A stretch of 64,000 nucleotides of DNA from Piromyces finnis finn. Its lineage: Eukaryota > Fungi > Neocallimastigomycota. The notes under the pieces were generated by a model. It was not told the DNA's origin. It ran no database searches and saw nothing but the letters and a program-made list of their open reading frames with translations. This document shows, piece after piece, positions 61,117 to 64,000 of the stretch. The stretch is from positions 1 to 64,000 of the forward strand of contig MCFH01000046.1 in the NCBI GenBank assembly GCA_002104945.1, given 5' to 3'. The stretch's first letter is position 1, and each line of letters opens with the position of its first letter. The translations under genes were made by a program, and so were the position numbers.

Positions 61117-64000
61117 ATGGATCCACCTTTAATTTCTGATGGGCAAACGAGAGCAAGTAACCCAGAAGAAATTTACATTAATCTTTTATCTTTTCCAAAA
61201 TCTTCAAAAGGCTGCTTAGTATATTTATTAAAAAGAAATGATTATGAAAATGAAAAAATCAAAAAATGGTTAACAGCAGCATCCAATAAATTAACAGAAA
61301 TTAGAAAATGTAAATTTGAATTACTATCCTCATTACCTTCCAATTACACTTTTATTTATTTAATATATTCCCCAGATATTGAACAAAATCATATATCTGA
61401 TAAAGTAGAAGTAGATGAAGATTCAAAAAGAAAATATGAAGAATTACTGTAATTATTTGTTTATATATATATATTTCATTCATAAAATCATTAAATTTCA
61501 TACTATTAAATTTTAAATAATACAATTTATAATAAATATCTTCTTCTTAATTTTTATAAATATATAGTTTTATATTAGGTCATCCTTCTGGTCTACCATT
61601 TATAGATATAGAGTAATTTAATAAATCCAATAAAATATTCGTTTTATATATATAAAAAAGAATAATAATTAATAACAATAATTTAAATGACATAATGAAA
61701 TATTAATTTGTATTTATTGGTTGTTATATAAACAGTTCTTTTAATAAGCATTTAGAATGGTTGGAATCAATGTGTCAAAATAAATGTCAATGTCCATTAT
61801 GTCCCTTTAATAGATTAAAAGTATCACCAAGAAAACAAATTCATTATATAGAAGCATTATTTTGGATAAAAAAGAATTCAAAATATAATACCAACATTTT
61901 GAAGAGTCTTACTAAAATTGACACTTTTTATATAGAAGATATAAATAATTTCTTTCGTTATGGTGAAACCACACAAGAACAAATTAATGCTTTATTTGCA
62001 ACTATTGAAAAAATTGGTAAATAAATAAATATATTAAAAACATAATAAATTTTCATTCTCAAATAAATTTTTATTATAAATTTGTATTGTTTAAATAAAT
62101 CGAATAAATAATTACATAAAATAAACCTTGTACTAATTAATTTATCATTAAACGTATAAAAGATGATAAAAATTATGATGATATAAAAAATGAAATTGAA
62201 AATCATTTAAATAATATACAACCATCAATAAATATTGAACCAAAGTTATTACAAGCTAAGACGGAAAAAAAGAAAGAAGAAAAACTCAAAATGATTTTGG
62301 TAGATATATATATAATTATATATCTGATATATAAAATTCATACTAACCTAATTAAATTATTTATTAAATATCATATAAGAATGATGAAATTGTTTCCAAG
62401 ACATTAAAAGATGTACTGTCGAATAAAAATATTATTGAAAAAATTTTAAATATTAATAATTTACAATTGAAAAATGGAGAAACCGAATCAATTTCAAGTA
62501 CTGAAGAGTTTAAAGAAGGTGATAATAATACAACAATTTCTCAGAAATCAAATATAAATAATACTACAACATCAGTTGAATCAACTTTAGTGAAAATTCC
62601 AACACAACCTTCAGAAAATGCAACAACTTCTGTAGTAACAACATCAATTCCAACATCAACTATAACTTTAGGTGACTCAGTTTTATCTCAAACCAATCAA
62701 ATAAATGACAACGTAATAATTAATTCAATTTTAGATTTTAAAGAATTTGATTTACCTAACTCTGATATAATAAGAAAATTATTATTAGAGCCTGGTATTT
62801 CTAAAGAAAAAATAAGCCAATATGAAGTAGAGATTTATAAATTTAAATATAATGAAAGGAGATTAAGAAATAAATTTATTTTAATTCAAGATCAACAAAA
62901 ACAGTTAAAACTTCATCGAGACCAATTACAAAGTCATGAAACAGAAAAACTAAAAAAAGTATCAGAAGCAGAAAATAAATTAAATGTACATTTTAAGGCA
63001 TTTCAAGCAGAATTAGAGCAGCATAAAAAACATAAAGAACAATTAATGAAAGTAGCAAGTTTAATTGAGCAACAAGCAAAAGAAATGAAAATTAGGCTTA
63101 AACAAAATGATGAATCAAAAGAATCAAGTAAAATACAAGAGGAATTAAAAAGACAGGAAGAACTAAGAAAACAAGAAGAACTAAAAAAACAAGAAGAGTT
63201 AAAGAGACAGGAAGAATTAAAGAAACAAGAAGAATTAAAAAGACAAGAGGAATTAAAAAGACAAGAGGAATTAAAAAGACAAGAAGAATTAAAAAGACAA
63301 GAAGAATTAAAAAGACAAGAGGTGTTGAAAAAACAAGAAGAATTAAAAAGGCAATTAGCTTCATTAAATCAATTATATAATAAGCAAATTATTTCTTCAT
63401 CTAATAATATAAATCGCATCAATAATAATTATAATCAATCAAATCAAAAAACACCTGTAATGCAAAATCAATGGAACAATCAAAAATTTCCACAAAATTA
63501 TAATCAAAATCAACAAATTCCAAAGCCTATTACCCCAAATCAAATGTTAATATCAGCAATATCATCTTCTTTACAATCTTTTCCATATCAATCACAGAAA
63601 GAATCATCAATAAATAATATTAATAGAAATATAGAACAAACACAATATCATTATCGAAAATTACCCCAAAATCATTGTTATCAAACACCACCATCAATTC
63701 GTCAGATGCAACCACTTCAGCAAATGCAACCGTCATCTAAATTCAATCAAGCACAACCAATACATCAACAATTTACTCAACCGATAAATCCATCTCCGTA
63801 TAATCAAAAACATAACTATACCCAACAACAAATTCAACAACAAATCCAACGACTTCAACAATATGAAATTAACAAAAATCTAGAACATTTAACACAATTA
63901 AAACAAATACAGCATAATTTACAACAAAAACAATTAAAACATCAACAACAAATACAAACTCAATCACAAATTATGATACCAAATATTTCAATATCTCAAT
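61117..64000 (+). CDS. Protein with a Clr2 N-terminal-like (HxxW...CxCxxC) domain, a charged helical repeat and a Q/N-rich tail; 3'-incomplete
   Basis: Exons are 61117-61448, 61568-61612, 61736-62016, 62163-62299 and 62380 to beyond 64000 (open to the window end). The spliced product reads PLISDG...LLSSLPSNY...LFILGHPSGLPFIDIDSFNKHLEWLESMCQNKCQCPLCP, matching the Clr2-N pattern SDG...LPxxY...GHPSG..F...F..HL.WL...CxCxxC. Confidence 0.75.
63136..63351 (+). repeat. Coding 18-bp tandem repeat x12 encoding QEEL(K/R)(R/K)
   Basis: There are 12 consecutive hexapeptides from CAA GAG GAA TTA AAA AGA (63136) to 63351; one variant is QEVLKK. Confidence 0.95.

Noticed and set aside
63098-63364. Minus-strand 88-aa hydrophobic (LVFLIL)n ORF
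   Set aside because: Antisense of the QEELKR repeat.
51625-64000. SET, shugoshin and Clr2-like genes as a chromatin gene cluster
   Set aside because: SRP68 lies between them and the SET protein looks membrane-anchored; there is no evidence of functional clustering.

Overview
This is a very AT-rich (visually well under 20% GC), intron-rich eukaryotic genomic window. Poly(A/T) tracts, long (TTA)n microsatellites, short GT-AG introns and the LINE remnant point to an early-diverging fungus, probably an anaerobic gut fungus (Neocallimastigomycota); this is inferred, not searched. I spliced genes by hand. There are 12 protein-coding genes: PMC1-type Ca2+ ATPase (+), Glo3-type ArfGAP (-), TRM44 (+), a signal peptide/Kre9-N-like/TM/SH3 protein (-), LCB3-type sphingoid-base phosphate phosphatase (-), DPH4 (+), a large SH3-DH-PH-PX RhoGEF (-), FRG1 (-), an intronless tandem-CBM21 protein (+), a SET protein with a predicted membrane anchor (+), SRP68 (+) and shugoshin (-). 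A 13th gene, encoding a Clr2-N-like domain (+), runs off the right edge. There is also a decayed non-LTR retrotransposon RT fragment. I saw no rRNA, tRNA or CRISPR. The most notable items are the membrane-anchored, chlamydial-style SET protein, the intronless double-CBM21 gene, the RhoGEF carrying a Bem1-type PX domain, and the receptor-like TM-SH3 protein. All family assignments come from motif recognition, not database searches.
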